Shown here: in pieces, positions 62,831-64,000 of the stretch
Layout: every line of letters starts with the position of its first letter
Position numbering within the stretch: the stretch's first letter is position 1
DNA from: Tubiluchus corallicola
Lineage: Eukaryota; Animalia; Priapulida
NCBI GenBank assembly: GCA_030141605.1
Contig: JAQGDQ010000362.1
Coordinates: forward strand, 124,001 to 188,000
Direction: 5' to 3'
Length of the DNA: 64,000 bases
The notes under the pieces: model-generated
Told to the model about the DNA's origin: nothing
The model's input: the letters and a program-made list of their open reading frames with translations, nothing else
Database searches by the model: none
Translations under genes and position numbers: made by a program

Positions 62831-64000
62831 ATTTAAACACTAATTTGTATTATGCAGTCAGCCCAAGAGAGCAACAGAGCCTTTTTTGATTATGTGCTAT
62901 ATGACAAAGTCCACTTCTGACTGGCTGCCTATAAAAAGCCCGTGCGGAAAAAATATATACATAAATATAGTAATACATCAACCACCGCGCCTGAAAATTT
63001 CTATACAGAAGTGATATATTTTAGATTTAAGCTTTATAGAAAACTTTTTTGCATATTTCTTTGCTAGTTTTTCTAAGTTTAAGTGATAACTGTAAAATAA
63101 ACCTAACACACTGAGTGACTTGTTCTTTCCTTTAAATATATAAAATTATGTCAAAGTTTCACAAAACAATGGGTAGTAGTGTCCGCAAGGCCGTGTTTGA
63201 TAAAATCTTGTATTGGGACTTCACTGAAGGTGAGAAACTTAATAGATAATTAGTTAACCAACTAATTAACCACCACACAGTCTACTCACGTAACTATATG
63301 TGGCAAATGATACCCGAAGAAAACATCGAAAACTTTGGCATCTTTTTCTACGTTTGAAGTGTTCAACACATTTTTGCATTACTATGTACTTACACTGTCC
63401 GTTTTAAAAGCAATGAATTGATTTTAGCAGTAAGAGAAATGTGAACCGATATCAAAAAGGACATTTTTTCAATTATTCGACTAATTTCAGCTTTCCTTTG
63501 CTGACTGTTACAACTACTATTCAAGATGAGATATTATTTACGTACTTGGTCGATAAACATTTATTGTCTGGTGTTTCTTAGTAAATGCCTGGGTTATAAA
63601 CGTGATGCTTACAGTATTTGTTTGCTGCGTTACATTCATATCTATACTTCGTTTGAGATTAAGTGTTTGAACACACGACTGAATCGTGCTATAATCCCCT
63701 ACATATATACTCGAGTAAACAGAAGTCACTTTTGTGTCCAAATTCACCAGCAGGGCTTATAGTTGCATTTTTGAAGATGTTTTCACAGTCAGTTCTTTTA
63801 ACAGGTAATTATCATTTTCGATTTTTAGCAAACTTAATATCACAATTTGTCAGTGAAATACGTTACTTGTGTTTCGGTTTGGCAAGTTCTACTACTGACA
63901 AAACAATTTAAAAAAACGGCGTAGTACATTTGCTACATAGTATAAGACTACCAGATAATGTAAACCAGTTCATTCGACTGAAAAAATACAAGAACAAGCT

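Noticed and set aside
60300-64000. Short ORFs as a possible fourth lipase or another gene
   Set aside because: No lipase or other recognisable motifs, and no convincing exon chain.

Overview
This is AT-rich, intron-containing eukaryotic DNA, most likely from an invertebrate animal. The ORF track is mostly noise, so the genes were rebuilt by hand from GT-AG splice sites with phase checks. Five intact genes were found. (1) A DNAJB1/4/5-type Hsp40 on the + strand, with a probable heat-shock promoter ~13 kb upstream and an optional in-frame upstream exon. (2) A two-exon, 9-cysteine TGF-beta ligand (Maverick-like) on the - strand. (3-5) Three tandem pancreatic-lipase-family genes on the + strand, here called lipase A, B and C. 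The three lipases differ in pro-region, lid length (24/24/53 aa), charge and intron content. Introns and spacers hold LINE and DNA-transposon fossils, MITEs, long inverted repeats and microsatellites. No CRISPR array, rRNA, true tRNA or prokaryotic system is visible. The most interesting signals are the diversified lipase trio and the dual-isoform Hsp40. All exon coordinates were read by eye and need RNA-seq confirmation.
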